Source: Nemertoderma westbladi (taxonomy: Eukaryota; Animalia; Xenacoelomorpha). From it: DNA of 64,000 nucleotides. Positions 63,277-64,000 of the stretch are shown one piece after another. The first letter of the stretch is position 1. Every line of letters begins with the position of its first letter. The notes below the pieces were generated by a model. The model saw nothing but the letters and a program-made list of their open reading frames with translations. It did not search any database and had not been told where the DNA came from. Location: positions 1 to 64,000 of the forward strand of contig JAUCBJ010005435.1 in the NCBI GenBank assembly GCA_032718475.1, given 5' to 3'. Made by a program: the position numbers and the translations under genes.

Positions 63277-64000
63277 ATATATCAAACTCTCATTTATCAA
63301 CAAACTGAATTTCAATTACTCGATGTCGCCGCTCTGAATGGTGTCCGAATCACTCGGGTCGGTTTCAGTTCGACTTCTTGATATAGAACGTGATCATACA
63401 GTAAATATGAAAATCTGTTGGGGGCCGTGGATACTTCGTTGGTAATTAACTCAAGTCATATTGGCTTATAATTATTGTCATGCCATGGGTGGGGGCGTGG
63501 GTATTACGGTAAGTCTTATTCACTATGGTTGTTAATCTCTTGTTATTTTAAACACATCGCTGTAAAACTTACTGACATTTTGATAAGTAATTTATTTTCC
63601 TCAAAAATATTTAATAATAATAAATGAATTGTTGTAAAATATTAAAGAATATTTAGTTAATATCAGCAAAATAACAACAAATTTTTGGGTTTCTCTGTAG
63701 AATTTAAACTTCCCAATTTAATTGTAACTCTTCTTAATTTACAACTGTCTTCCACTAATAAAACTACAGTCCATTCTTAAAATACAATATTTTAAGTCAT
63801 TTTTTAAGTCAATAGATATTTATCAACAATTTTTACTAATAATTATAATTATAAGTTCACTTTGTTACCCGGTTAATAATTTCGATTTTATTACAAATTC
63901 TATCTATTTATTTACACTTCTACCTCTATTATCGTCTAGGTCTTATTGTCTGCCCCCTCCCTACCATTTTGTGCTATGTTGGTTTGTATGTTTCAGGTTG

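Overview
AT-rich animal (invertebrate-like) genomic DNA. It carries one large multi-exon plus-strand gene, a PLEKHG4/PLEKHG4B/ARHGEF40 (puratrophin/Solo/quattro)-family RhoGEF. The 23 shared coding exons I traced from 22133 to 63276 join in frame through GT-AG introns (5004 nt including the stop), and there are three candidate alternative first coding exons at 3106, 17577 and 21832. Domain order is Solo-type N-terminal domain, Sec14/CRAL-TRIO-like, spectrin-like, DH, PH. The most unusual feature is that about 20 kb of intron consists of seven mutually unrelated tandem arrays (units of 68, 47, 41, 43, 29, 34 and 46 bp), each built from this gene's own exon-intron junction. Six arrays multiply a 5' splice donor (roughly 540 donor-like copies in total) and one multiplies a 3' acceptor. 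The rest of the window holds non-autonomous DNA transposons with clear TSDs (Mutator-like, hAT-like, a TA-flanked foldback), Helentron-like and SINE/LINE fragments, two unrelated minisatellites and Penelope-type minimal hammerhead ribozyme motifs. All family assignments come from reading motifs by eye; no searches were run.
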